Assembly: GCA_009920915.1 (NCBI GenBank)
Contig: RFZB01000001.1
Coordinates: 2,025-66,024, forward strand
Direction: 5' to 3'
From: Sphingomonadaceae bacterium
GTDB lineage: Bacteria > Pseudomonadota > Alphaproteobacteria > Sphingomonadales > Sphingomonadaceae
DNA length: 64,000 nucleotides
A program made the position numbers and the translations under genes. Under the pieces are notes generated by a model. It was not told the origin of the DNA. It made no database searches and worked only from the letters and a program-made list of their open reading frames with translations. Shown here piece by piece: positions 34,381 through 42,539 of this stretch (within the stretch, counting starts at the first letter, position 1; the number at the start of each line of letters is the position of its first letter).

Positions 34381-36720
34381 TTAGAGGAAGAGTTCAGCCA
34401 TGGCATCAAATATGGCATCCGCATCCAGCCGATAGACGCTGTAGAGATCTGGCAAATCGCCCGTCTGGCCAAAGCTGGATATGCCCAAGGGGCTGACGCG
34501 CATACCGCGCACCGAACCCAGCCAAGACAGCGCTGCGGGAGAGCCGTCAATCACCGTGACCAGCCCTGCATCAGGGGCCAAATCAGCTAAGAGCTGCTCA
34601 ATATGGCTAGGCCCAGCTGTCGTCTCAGTCCAGCGTGCGGCGTGCCGGGCAGACCAGTCCCCATGGAGCAAGTCGGGCGACGTCACATTCATCAGCCCAA
34701 TGCCGGGAAGATCATCTGCCAGCTGCTCCCACGCGCTTAACACTTCTGGCGCGATGGCCCCGGTAAAGATGATGGCTGCCTTTGCCCCTTGGCGGGGTGC
34801 CCGCAGCCAATAGGCTCCCTTCAGTGCATCGGCCTGCCAATCGTCATTCTCGCGCGCAATTTGCGGGATAACGCGTGTGCTTAAGCGCAAATAGACTGAG
34901 CTTCCGTCGGGCTTTTGCAAATGTTCAAAGGCCCAGCGCATGGTCAGCGCAACTTCATCGGCCCAGGCCGGTTCAAAATAGACAAGATTTGGCTGGCCCA
35001 TGCCAATTAGCGGCGTGTTGATGGATTGGTGGGCGCCGCCCTCTGGGCCAAGCGTTAGGCCAGATGGGGTGCCCACAAGCAAAAAGCGTGCATCCGAATA
35101 ACAGCCATAGTTCAAGGCATCTAAGCCGCGCGCAATAAAGGGGTCATACACAGTGCCCACCGGGATCAGCCGTGTCCCGAAATGAGGCCCCGCCAAGCCA
35201 AGCGAGGTGAGGGCGAGGAAGAAGTTATTTTCTGCAATGCCCAATTCAATATGCTGGCCGGCAGCGTGCCCATCCCATTTTTGGGCAGATGGAATTTTGG
35301 CCTCGCGAAAGACGTCAATCACTTCTGACCGCCGAAACAGGCCACGCTGGTTCACAAATGCGCCAAGATTGGTGGTCTGCGTCACATCGGGTGCCGTGGT
35401 GACGATGCGATCTGCCAGCGGCTCTCCTGACTTGGCCAGCTCTAACAGAATATTCCCAAAGGCGGCCTGAGTGGACTGCGTCTCGCCCGATGGTGCTGGC
35501 AGGGCGGCCGGCACTGGGATGGGGGCTGAGCTTTGGTCACCCGCGCGCTTATTGGCGAGTGGGCTGCGATCAACAAACGCCTTAAGTCGTGCAGCTTGAT
35601 TGTCCCCAATCCCGCCAAAAGGATCCCATTCTGCGCCTTTGGGAATGCCAAGGCTTTCGCGCAATTGTTCAATCTGGCCGGGGTTCATCATGCCGCTGTG
35701 ATTGTCTTTATGCCCAGCCAGCGGCAGGCCGTACCCTTTCACAGTATAAGCGATGAACAGAGTAGGGCGGTCATCCTGAGCGGCATCAAAGGCGTCAATT
35801 AAGGTTTCAATGCAATGGCCGCCCAAATTTGTCATCAAATGGGCAAGACCTGCGTCGTCAAAGCTTTCAATTAACTTGCGGGCACGGGCATTGCCGCCGA
35901 TATCAGCCATTAATCGCGCACGCCACGCGGCGCCGCCTTGATAGGTGAGCGCTGCAAATTCGGCATTGGGGCAATTGTCGATCCAGTCCGAAATCGCCTG
36001 CCCGCCCGGTTTATCAAAAATCTCTCGCTGCAACTTTCCGCTTTTCAGCGTGACAACGCGCCAGCCACAGGTCTCAAAAATATCGTCAAAGCGCCGAAAC
36101 ATGCGGTCGGCTGTCGTGCTGTCGAGGGATTGGCGGTTATAGTCCACCACCCACCAGCAGTTGCGAATATCATGCTTATAGCCCTCAATCAGGCATTCAT
36201 AGATATTGCCTTCGTCCAACTCGGCATCGCCCATCAGGGCAATCATGCGTCCGGCATCGCTTTCTGCCATCTGACCATGGGCAATCAGATAGTCTTGCAC
36301 CAGGCTTGAAAAGGCTGTGATTGCAACGCCCAGCCCCACAGACCCAGTCGAAAAATCGACGGGGATGTTGTCCTTGGTGCGCGAAGGATAGCTTTGCGCG
36401 CCGCCAAGAGCACGAAAACGCTGCAATTTTTCGAAAGACTGGTTGCCCAAAAGATAATGGATTGCCTGCAGCACGGGGCCAGCGTGCGGCTTCACTGCCA
36501 CCTTATCTTGCGGGCGCAGCGCATGAAAATAGAGCGCTGCCATAATCGCGGTCATCGATGAGCAGCTGGCTTGATGCCCGCCGACTTTCAGCCCGTCACG
36601 CTTTTCACGAATGTGATTGGCATTGTGCACGGTCCACGCTGACAGCCAGCGCAGGCGCGTGTCGAGCGTTTCAATGGTTTCAATCAATTCCGCGCGCGCG
36701 TCTGCCACCAATTGTGCCAT
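34381..36720 (-). CDS. ThDP-dependent 2-oxoacid dehydrogenase E1, homodimeric AceE/MdeB-like (transketolase-like fold)
   Basis: KVGGHQASCSS, DFSTGSVGLG, ThDP motif MGDAELDEGNIYE...DYNRQSLD, HIELGIAENN, YDPFIARG and EGGAHQS. Divergent from an Lrp regulator, as with mdeB/mdeR. Confidence 0.85.
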   Translation of the reverse strand: MAQLVADARAELIETIETLDTRLRWLSAWTVHNANHIREKRDGLKVGGHQASCSSMTAIMAALYFHALRPQDKVAVKPHAGPVLQAIHYLLGNQSFEKLQRFRALGGAQSYPSRTKDNIPVDFSTGSVGLGVAITAFSSLVQDYLIAHGQMAESDAGRMIALMGDAELDEGNIYECLIEGYKHDIRNCWWVVDYNRQSLDSTTADRMFRRFDDIFETCGWRVVTLKSGKLQREIFDKPGGQAISDWIDNCPNAEFAALTYQGGAAWRARLMADIGGNARARKLIESFDDAGLAHLMTNLGGHCIETLIDAFDAAQDDRPTLFIAYTVKGYGLPLAGHKDNHSGMMNPGQIEQLRESLGIPKGAEWDPFGGIGDNQAARLKAFVDRSPLANKRAGDQSSAPIPVPAALPAPSGETQSTQAAFGNILLELAKSGEPLADRIVTTAPDVTQTTNLGAFVNQRGLFRRSEVIDVFREAKIPSAQKWDGHAAGQHIELGIAENNFFLALTSLGLAGPHFGTRLIPVGTVYDPFIARGLDALNYGCYSDARFLLVGTPSGLTLGPEGGAHQSINTPLIGMGQPNLVYFEPAWADEVALTMRWAFEHLQKPDGSSVYLRLSTRVIPQIARENDDWQADALKGAYWLRAPRQGAKAAIIFTGAIAPEVLSAWEQLADDLPGIGLMNVTSPDLLHGDWSARHAARWTETTAGPSHIEQLLADLAPDAGLVTVIDGSPAALSWLGSVRGMRVSPLGISSFGQTGDLPDLYSVYRLDADAIFDAMAELFL

Positions 36721-36844
36721 CGACCGACTCCCTAATACGTGGCTGTGATACCGAGAAGATGGCCGGCATGTCCTTGCAATTTGGATCGTGATATGATGAT
36801 GTAATGGCAGAAATAGTCTATATCACGTGAAAGATTAGCAGAAA

Positions 36845-37330
36845 ATGCCAATGCAGCCACTAGACGCCATTGATCGTAAGATTTTGGATGCCGTTCAAGT
36901 CAATGGGCGCATCACCAATCAAGAATTGGCCGATCAAGTCGGGCTTTCCCCCAGCCCATGCCTGCGTCGGGTGCGTCAGTTGGAGGCAGATGAGGTCATC
37001 TCTCAATATGTTGCGCTGGTAAATCCGGCGGCCTTGGGGCTGAATGTGACGGCCTTTGTTCGCGTTCGGTTGGATCAGCAGGATGACCGGCATCTCGATG
37101 CTTTTGAAGCCGCAATTTCTGAATTTCCTGAGGTTATGGAATGTTATTTGATGACCGGAGAAGCAGATTATCAGCTGCGTATCTTGGTCCGCTCTCTCAC
37201 TGAGTTTGAGGATTTTTTGCGCTATCGCCTGACGCGCGTTCCTGGCGTTGCCAATGTCACAACCAGCTTTGCCCTACGCCCCGTCATTTACAAGACGTCG
37301 CTTCCAACGCTAGATCAGGTTTCAAGTTAA
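36845..37330 (+). CDS. Lrp/AsnC-family transcriptional regulator
   Basis: LDAIDRKIL...GRITNQELADQVGLSPSPCLRRVRQLE and PEVMECYLMTGEADYQL. Confidence 0.95.
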   Translation: MPMQPLDAIDRKILDAVQVNGRITNQELADQVGLSPSPCLRRVRQLEADEVISQYVALVNPAALGLNVTAFVRVRLDQQDDRHLDAFEAAISEFPEVMECYLMTGEADYQLRILVRSLTEFEDFLRYRLTRVPGVANVTTSFALRPVIYKTSLPTLDQVSS

Positions 37331-37357
37331 CAAGAACACTAAACAAGGGGCGGTGGG

Positions 37358-38740
37358 ATGGCAAAATCAGGGCTGGTGGATCGTGTGGATCCGGTGCCAA
37401 CACAAGAGTTGAGCCGAAGCCTGAAGGCACGCCATGTTTCGATGATTACCTTTGGGGGCATCATTGGCGCGGGGCTTTTTGTCGGATCCTCCACAGCCAT
37501 TAGCGCCATTGGGCCGGCTGCTGTTCTTAGTTATGCGCTTGCAGGGTTTCTGGTCCTGCTGGTCATGCGCATGATCTCTGAAATGGCAATGGCGCTGCCG
37601 GGATTGCAGACATTTCCTGATTTTGCACGCGCGGGCGTTGGCAATTGGGCAGGTTTCCTTGTGGGCTGGCTCTATTGGTATTTTTGGGTTGTCGTGATTG
37701 CGATTGAGGCAATTGCGGGGGCCAAGATTATTCATGGCTGGTTGCCGCAATATGAGGTGTGGGAAATTGGCGTCACATTAATGGCCGTGCTGACGGGCAT
37801 TAATCTGATGTCGGCGCGCTCATATGGTGAGTTTGAATTCTGGTTTGCGTCCACAAAAGTCGTTGCCATCTTGGTCTTCATTCTTGTGGCCGCTGCCTAT
37901 GCCTTTGGATTAACGTCGCCTACTGGGCCGACATTTTCCAACCTGACCGCGCATGGCGGCTTTGCCCCGGCCGGAATTGCGGCGATTTTTGCAGGCGTTG
38001 CGACGACGATTTTCTCCTTATGCGGGGCAGAAATTGCGACCTTGGCTGCCGCTGAGTCAGACGAAGGCAAGCAGACAATCGCCCGGATGACGATTTCTGT
38101 CTCTGTGCGAATTCTTGTCTTCTTCGTCCTGTCCATTTTGATGATTGTGTCGGTGGTTCCTTGGACGGACATTGAAGTTGGCGTGTCCCCATTTGCCCAT
38201 GCGCTTCGGGTGATGGGCTACCCTTCGGCGGATCTTATCATGAACGCCATTGTTCTGGTTGCTGTTCTTTCCTGCCTGAATTCAGGGATTTACATCACAT
38301 CGCGGGCAATGTTCGGCTTGGCGCAAAATGGCGATGCGCCCCAGTCTTGCGTTGTCCTAAGCCGCTCGCGCGTGCCGGCACGGGCAATTTTGATCGCCAG
38401 TCTGTTCAGCTATGGTGCCTTGGCGGCCTCTGTTCTGGCACCTGACCGCGTGTTCAATTTCTTGGTGACGTCATCTGGCGCAATCATGTTGTTTATCTAT
38501 TTGATTATCGCGTTCGCGCAGTTGCGCCTGCGGGCCCGATTTGAAGCAGAGGACCCGTCGGCCCTTCACATCCGTATGTGGCTCTATCCCTATGGAACAT
38601 GGGCGGCGATGGCAGGCATGGCCGGTGTTCTGCTGCTGATGGGCCTCTCAGACGTGCACGCGAGCGAGCTTTGGGCCAGTGTCCTTGTGGCGACAGGGTT
38701 CTTGCTTGCTTATGCGGTAAAGAAGCGCGCCCAAGCCTAG
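37358..38740 (+). CDS. APC-family amino acid permease (GabP-like)
   Basis: LKARHVSMITFGGIIGAGLFVGS, GWLYWYFW, FGEFEFWFA-like YGEFEFWFASTKV and LSCLNSGIY. Confidence 0.9.
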   Translation: MAKSGLVDRVDPVPTQELSRSLKARHVSMITFGGIIGAGLFVGSSTAISAIGPAAVLSYALAGFLVLLVMRMISEMAMALPGLQTFPDFARAGVGNWAGFLVGWLYWYFWVVVIAIEAIAGAKIIHGWLPQYEVWEIGVTLMAVLTGINLMSARSYGEFEFWFASTKVVAILVFILVAAAYAFGLTSPTGPTFSNLTAHGGFAPAGIAAIFAGVATTIFSLCGAEIATLAAAESDEGKQTIARMTISVSVRILVFFVLSILMIVSVVPWTDIEVGVSPFAHALRVMGYPSADLIMNAIVLVAVLSCLNSGIYITSRAMFGLAQNGDAPQSCVVLSRSRVPARAILIASLFSYGALAASVLAPDRVFNFLVTSSGAIMLFIYLIIAFAQLRLRARFEAEDPSALHIRMWLYPYGTWAAMAGMAGVLLLMGLSDVHASELWASVLVATGFLLAYAVKKRAQA

Positions 38741-38839
38741 AAACACACGCAGAATTTTTCCGATCGCCATATTCTTTTTAATGGCGCGATACGCGGTCGC
38801 CCCTGCATAAGTGCGTCCGGAGTATATCGGAGCAGAGAC

Positions 38840-40156
38840 ATGACTTTAGGAAATGATCCGCTGGCTGCCTTGTGGATGCCATTCACTGCCAACCGCGCCT
38901 TCAAGGCGCAGCCGCGCCAGCTGGTCGCTGCCAAGGACATGCATTATGAAAGCGCTGATGGCCGGCAGATTCTGGACGGCACCGCGGGATTGTGGGCGGT
39001 CAATGCGGGCCATTGCCGCCCGTCCATTGTCGAGGCCATTCAGAAAACAGCTGCAGAGCTAGATTATGCACCGCCCTTTCAATTGGGGCATCCTTTGTCG
39101 TTTGAACTGGCCCGCCGCATTGCAGCGTTGATGCCGCAAGGCTTGGACCGCATCTTTTTCACCAATTCAGGGTCTGAGTCAGTTGATACGGCGCTGAAGA
39201 TTGCGTTGGCCTATCAGCGCGCCCGGGGTGAGGGCACGCGGACGCGCCTGATTGGGCGTGAACGTGGCTATAATGGCGTTGGTTTTGGTGGCATTTCCGT
39301 GGGCGGCATCGTCAATAATCGTCGCCAATTTGGGACGCTGCTGACAGGGGTGGATCATCTGCCCCACACGCATAATCTTGCGCATAATGCCTTTTCAAAG
39401 GGCCAGCCGCTTTGGGGCGCCCATTTGGCGGATACGCTTGAGTCCATCATTGCCCTGCATGGCGCCGAAACAATTGCCGCGGTTATTGTAGAGCCAATGG
39501 CAGGATCTACTGGGGTGCTTGTTCCGCCCGTGGGTTATCTTGAAAAGCTAAGAGAAATTACAACAAAACACGGCATCGTATTGATTTTTGACGAAGTTAT
39601 TACCGGATATGGCCGTGTTGGGGGGGCAACCGCCTCTGGAACGCTGGGCGTAACGCCGGACATTATTACGATGGCCAAGGGTTTAACCAACGCCGCGGTA
39701 CCCATGGGGGCCGTTGCCGTGAGCCGGCATATTCATGACGGGGTTGTTGAGGGCGCAGCAGACGGGATTGAGCTGTTCCATGGGTATACTTATTCAGGCC
39801 ACCCGCTTGCCGCAGCCGCGGGCATTGCGACGCTGGACCTCTATCAATCTGAGGGAATTTTTGAACATGCCCAGTCGCTCCACAGCTATTGGCAAGAGGC
39901 TGTTCACAGCCTGCAGGGCCGCCGGCACATTATCGACGTGCGTAACATGGGGATTGTCGCTGGGATTGAGCTAGATCCGCGTCCGGGTGCGCCCACCAAA
40001 CGGGCCATGGAGCTGTTCCATAAATGTTTTGATGCCGGCCTGTTGGTGCGCGCCACGGGAGACATTATTGCTCTATCGCCGCCACTCATCCTGCAAAAAG
40101 CGCATATTGATGAAATGGTTGGCCGCATCGCCGACATTGTCGAAACGATCGATTAA
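38840..40156 (+). CDS. class III omega-amino acid:pyruvate aminotransferase (beta-alanine/pyruvate type)
   Basis: LWMPFTANR, FFTNSGSESVDTALKIA, IVEPMAGSTG, IFDEVITGYGR, PLP lysine TMAKGLTN and HGYTYSGHP. Confidence 0.92.
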   Translation: MTLGNDPLAALWMPFTANRAFKAQPRQLVAAKDMHYESADGRQILDGTAGLWAVNAGHCRPSIVEAIQKTAAELDYAPPFQLGHPLSFELARRIAALMPQGLDRIFFTNSGSESVDTALKIALAYQRARGEGTRTRLIGRERGYNGVGFGGISVGGIVNNRRQFGTLLTGVDHLPHTHNLAHNAFSKGQPLWGAHLADTLESIIALHGAETIAAVIVEPMAGSTGVLVPPVGYLEKLREITTKHGIVLIFDEVITGYGRVGGATASGTLGVTPDIITMAKGLTNAAVPMGAVAVSRHIHDGVVEGAADGIELFHGYTYSGHPLAAAAGIATLDLYQSEGIFEHAQSLHSYWQEAVHSLQGRRHIIDVRNMGIVAGIELDPRPGAPTKRAMELFHKCFDAGLLVRATGDIIALSPPLILQKAHIDEMVGRIADIVETID

Positions 40157-40165
40157 AGATCAGGG

Positions 40166-40202
40166 GAGGGGCGGACGCCGCTACGTTCGCCTCTTTTTTT
40201 CT
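40166..40202 (+). terminator. intrinsic terminator after the aminotransferase
   Basis: Imperfect GC stem GAGGGGCGGACG / CGTTCGCCTC followed by a long T-run. Confidence 0.7.
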
Positions 40203-40209
40203 TGCGACG

Positions 40210-41292
40210 TTAGAGTGTCAGCACAATCTTGCCGACATGGCGCTTGCTAAGAAAGGTGGTCTGCGCCTCAACAATATCGGCCAAATCATAAGTCGCAGCG
40301 ATACAGGGCTTTATCTCGCTCTGTTCAATTGCATGGATAAGGTTCGGAAATATCTCAGGGGTTAAGACCGTACAGCCGAACAGTTGAAGATCTTTCAGAT
40401 ACAGCGTTCGTAAGTCGAGGTCGACCATGGGGCCAGATATTGCCCCGGCAATGCCATAGCGCCCGCCAGGCTTGAGGCAGTTGAGAATAGAGCCAAAGCG
40501 GGGTCCACCAACGCAATCAACCGCCGCATCAAGCGAAGAGGCGCCAAAAATGCGGTCAATATCCGCATCTCGATCAATCACATGATCCGCACCTAAGGCC
40601 TTTACAGTTGAGGCTTTTTCACCGCCGACCATAGCAATCACCTCGGCACCGCGTCGTTTGGCAAGCTGGACAGCCGCTGACCCAACACCACCGGAGGCGC
40701 CCGTTACCAACACGCGATCTCCCTGGCCAAGCGAAATGCGGGTCAGCATGTTTTCGGCAGCAGAATAGGCGCATGGGAAACTTGCAAGATCAACGTCACT
40801 GAGCGCACTGGTAATGGCATGGGCGAAGCGGGCGGGCACGCGCGCATATTCCGCAAAGGCGCCATCGACTTCTGACCCAAAATATTGGACGTCAAAGCCT
40901 GCATCAGTCCGGAAAACAGGCTCTACAAGAACACGTTCTCCAACCCGTTTAGCGTCAATATTCTGACCAACGGCCACAATATACCCGCAGGCATCCGCCC
41001 CTTGAATGCGCGGGACATGGAACGGTGTGCCAGACCAGCCATCATCTTTGGCGCCGGCCAGTCCGGTCGCTGCGCCGCTTTCTGTTGGCGCCGCAACGGC
41101 CTTGGAATACCAGCCGATGCGGGTGTTGATATCGGTATTGTTGACGCCCGCTGCGGCGACCCGGATCAACACATCATCTGGGCCGCAGTGCGGCACGGGG
41201 ACATCGTGTCGCAATTCCAGCCTTTCATAGCCGCCATGGCCAGTCAGGACGACTGCACGCATGGTGGCGGGCAGGGGGCGTGCGCCAGTCAC
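40210..41292 (-). CDS. medium-chain dehydrogenase/reductase (alcohol dehydrogenase / quinone oxidoreductase-like, catalytic-Zn ligands not evident)
   Basis: MRAVVLTGHGG, AAAGVNNTDINTRIG, IQGADACG, VLVTGASGGVGSAAVQLAK and GKIVL. The start is uncertain (GTG 41292, ATG 41262 or ATG 41328). Confidence 0.87.
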   Translation of the reverse strand: MTGARPLPATMRAVVLTGHGGYERLELRHDVPVPHCGPDDVLIRVAAAGVNNTDINTRIGWYSKAVAAPTESGAATGLAGAKDDGWSGTPFHVPRIQGADACGYIVAVGQNIDAKRVGERVLVEPVFRTDAGFDVQYFGSEVDGAFAEYARVPARFAHAITSALSDVDLASFPCAYSAAENMLTRISLGQGDRVLVTGASGGVGSAAVQLAKRRGAEVIAMVGGEKASTVKALGADHVIDRDADIDRIFGASSLDAAVDCVGGPRFGSILNCLKPGGRYGIAGAISGPMVDLDLRTLYLKDLQLFGCTVLTPEIFPNLIHAIEQSEIKPCIAATYDLADIVEAQTTFLSKRHVGKIVLTL

Positions 41293-41297
41293 GCCGA

Positions 41298-42539
41298 TTA
41301 GGTCACGGGGAACTGGTTGAGATACCATTTTTGGAAGTTCATGACGCTGCCTTCCTGATCTGAATAGCGGCCCGGGCGATAGCGGCTCGACTTGATCCCC
41401 GTTTGGTTGTTTTCAGTGATGATTTTGTCTTGCGTTGTAGTGGCGTGATAACCCCAAATCATTTTCTCGATATCGACTTGATCTTCCGTCGCATCGCCAT
41501 TGACCAGCCAAATCATCTCAACATCGGTTTCCAACGCCCCACGCGGCGTGAACTGGAACAGAATTGCAAAATGGTCGTCTGCGACAATTTGGCTGAAGGG
41601 GCTAAAGCTTAGATGCATCCGGCCGCCATCTGGCGCCGTCCGCTTCCCCATCAACGGGGCAGGAGCAGTGCCATCTTGGGTTTCCGACGCGCGGCCTTCC
41701 TTATTCATCCGCTGCATCAGGAGGCGGAGATGGCTGCTGTCAGGCGCTTCATCAATTGTGCCGATCGGACGACCCAGCGCGGCGGCTTTCTCCTCCCATG
41801 CCTTCACCTTGGGCGCGAAATTGGCAATGGCGTCTGCAGGCCCGGAACTGGGGCCAGCGCCAACCGCTACCAGCGTTTCCGGCGCGTGCATCGAACAAAA
41901 TTCGGGGTGCGACGGCACGCAGTGATAGCATTCAAAGAAATTCTCGACGACCAGCTTCCAATTCGCGGTCGTCGGATAACTTCCGGCATAGGCAATGCGG
42001 GCATTGTCCATTCCCTGATAGGCAAGGATTGGGCCCATATCCCCAAAGGTTGCGTCAAAGTCATCCGGTTCATCCTCGCTCATATTCACAAAGATGAGCC
42101 CGTGGAAAACGCGAACATGGCAGGCAAACAGGCTGTTTTCAGCCTTGTTAAAATCTTCAGGCATGAGCCGTGCTGAAATCAGCGACCCGTCCAGCCCAAA
42201 GGTCCAGGCGTGATAGGGGCAGACCAGCCGTGGTGCATTGCCGCTTTCGGCTGAACACAGCGTCGATCCGCGATGCCGGCAAACATTAAAGAAAGCGCGG
42301 ACACTGTCATCATTTTCGCGGATGACGATGATCTGTTCAGCACCAACTTTGAACAGGAAATAATCCCCCTTATTGGGAATGCGCGAGACGTGCCCGGCCA
42401 CCAGCCATTTACGGCTGATGACATGCTCCATATCAGCCTTGAACACCGCATCGCTGACGTAAAATTCCTGATCAAAGCTGTAGCCAATTTTTACATTGGC
42501 AATCAGGCGGCGCATCATTTCTGTCTGGGCGTCGGTCAT
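41298..42539 (-). CDS. Rieske oxygenase alpha subunit #3 (quaternary-amine oxygenase family)
   Basis: NVCRHRG...CPYHAW, ENFFECYHCVPSHPEF and C-terminal TTTQD. TAATG coupling to the upstream dehydrogenase. Confidence 0.9.
   Translation of the reverse strand: MTDAQTEMMRRLIANVKIGYSFDQEFYVSDAVFKADMEHVISRKWLVAGHVSRIPNKGDYFLFKVGAEQIIVIRENDDSVRAFFNVCRHRGSTLCSAESGNAPRLVCPYHAWTFGLDGSLISARLMPEDFNKAENSLFACHVRVFHGLIFVNMSEDEPDDFDATFGDMGPILAYQGMDNARIAYAGSYPTTANWKLVVENFFECYHCVPSHPEFCSMHAPETLVAVGAGPSSGPADAIANFAPKVKAWEEKAAALGRPIGTIDEAPDSSHLRLLMQRMNKEGRASETQDGTAPAPLMGKRTAPDGGRMHLSFSPFSQIVADDHFAILFQFTPRGALETDVEMIWLVNGDATEDQVDIEKMIWGYHATTTQDKIITENNQTGIKSSRYRPGRYSDQEGSVMNFQKWYLNQFPVT

Noticed and set aside
36760-36780. 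Possible sigma-54 promoter (TGGCCGGCATGTCCTTGCAAT)
   Set aside because: The GG-to-GC spacing is 9 or 13 nt rather than the required 10, and no enhancer-binding protein is nearby.
41298-42539. CntA-type carnitine/TMA-forming oxygenase assignment
   Set aside because: The iron motif is somewhat CntA-like, but there is no cntB or D-malate dehydrogenase, and the neighbours are demethylating dehydrogenases.
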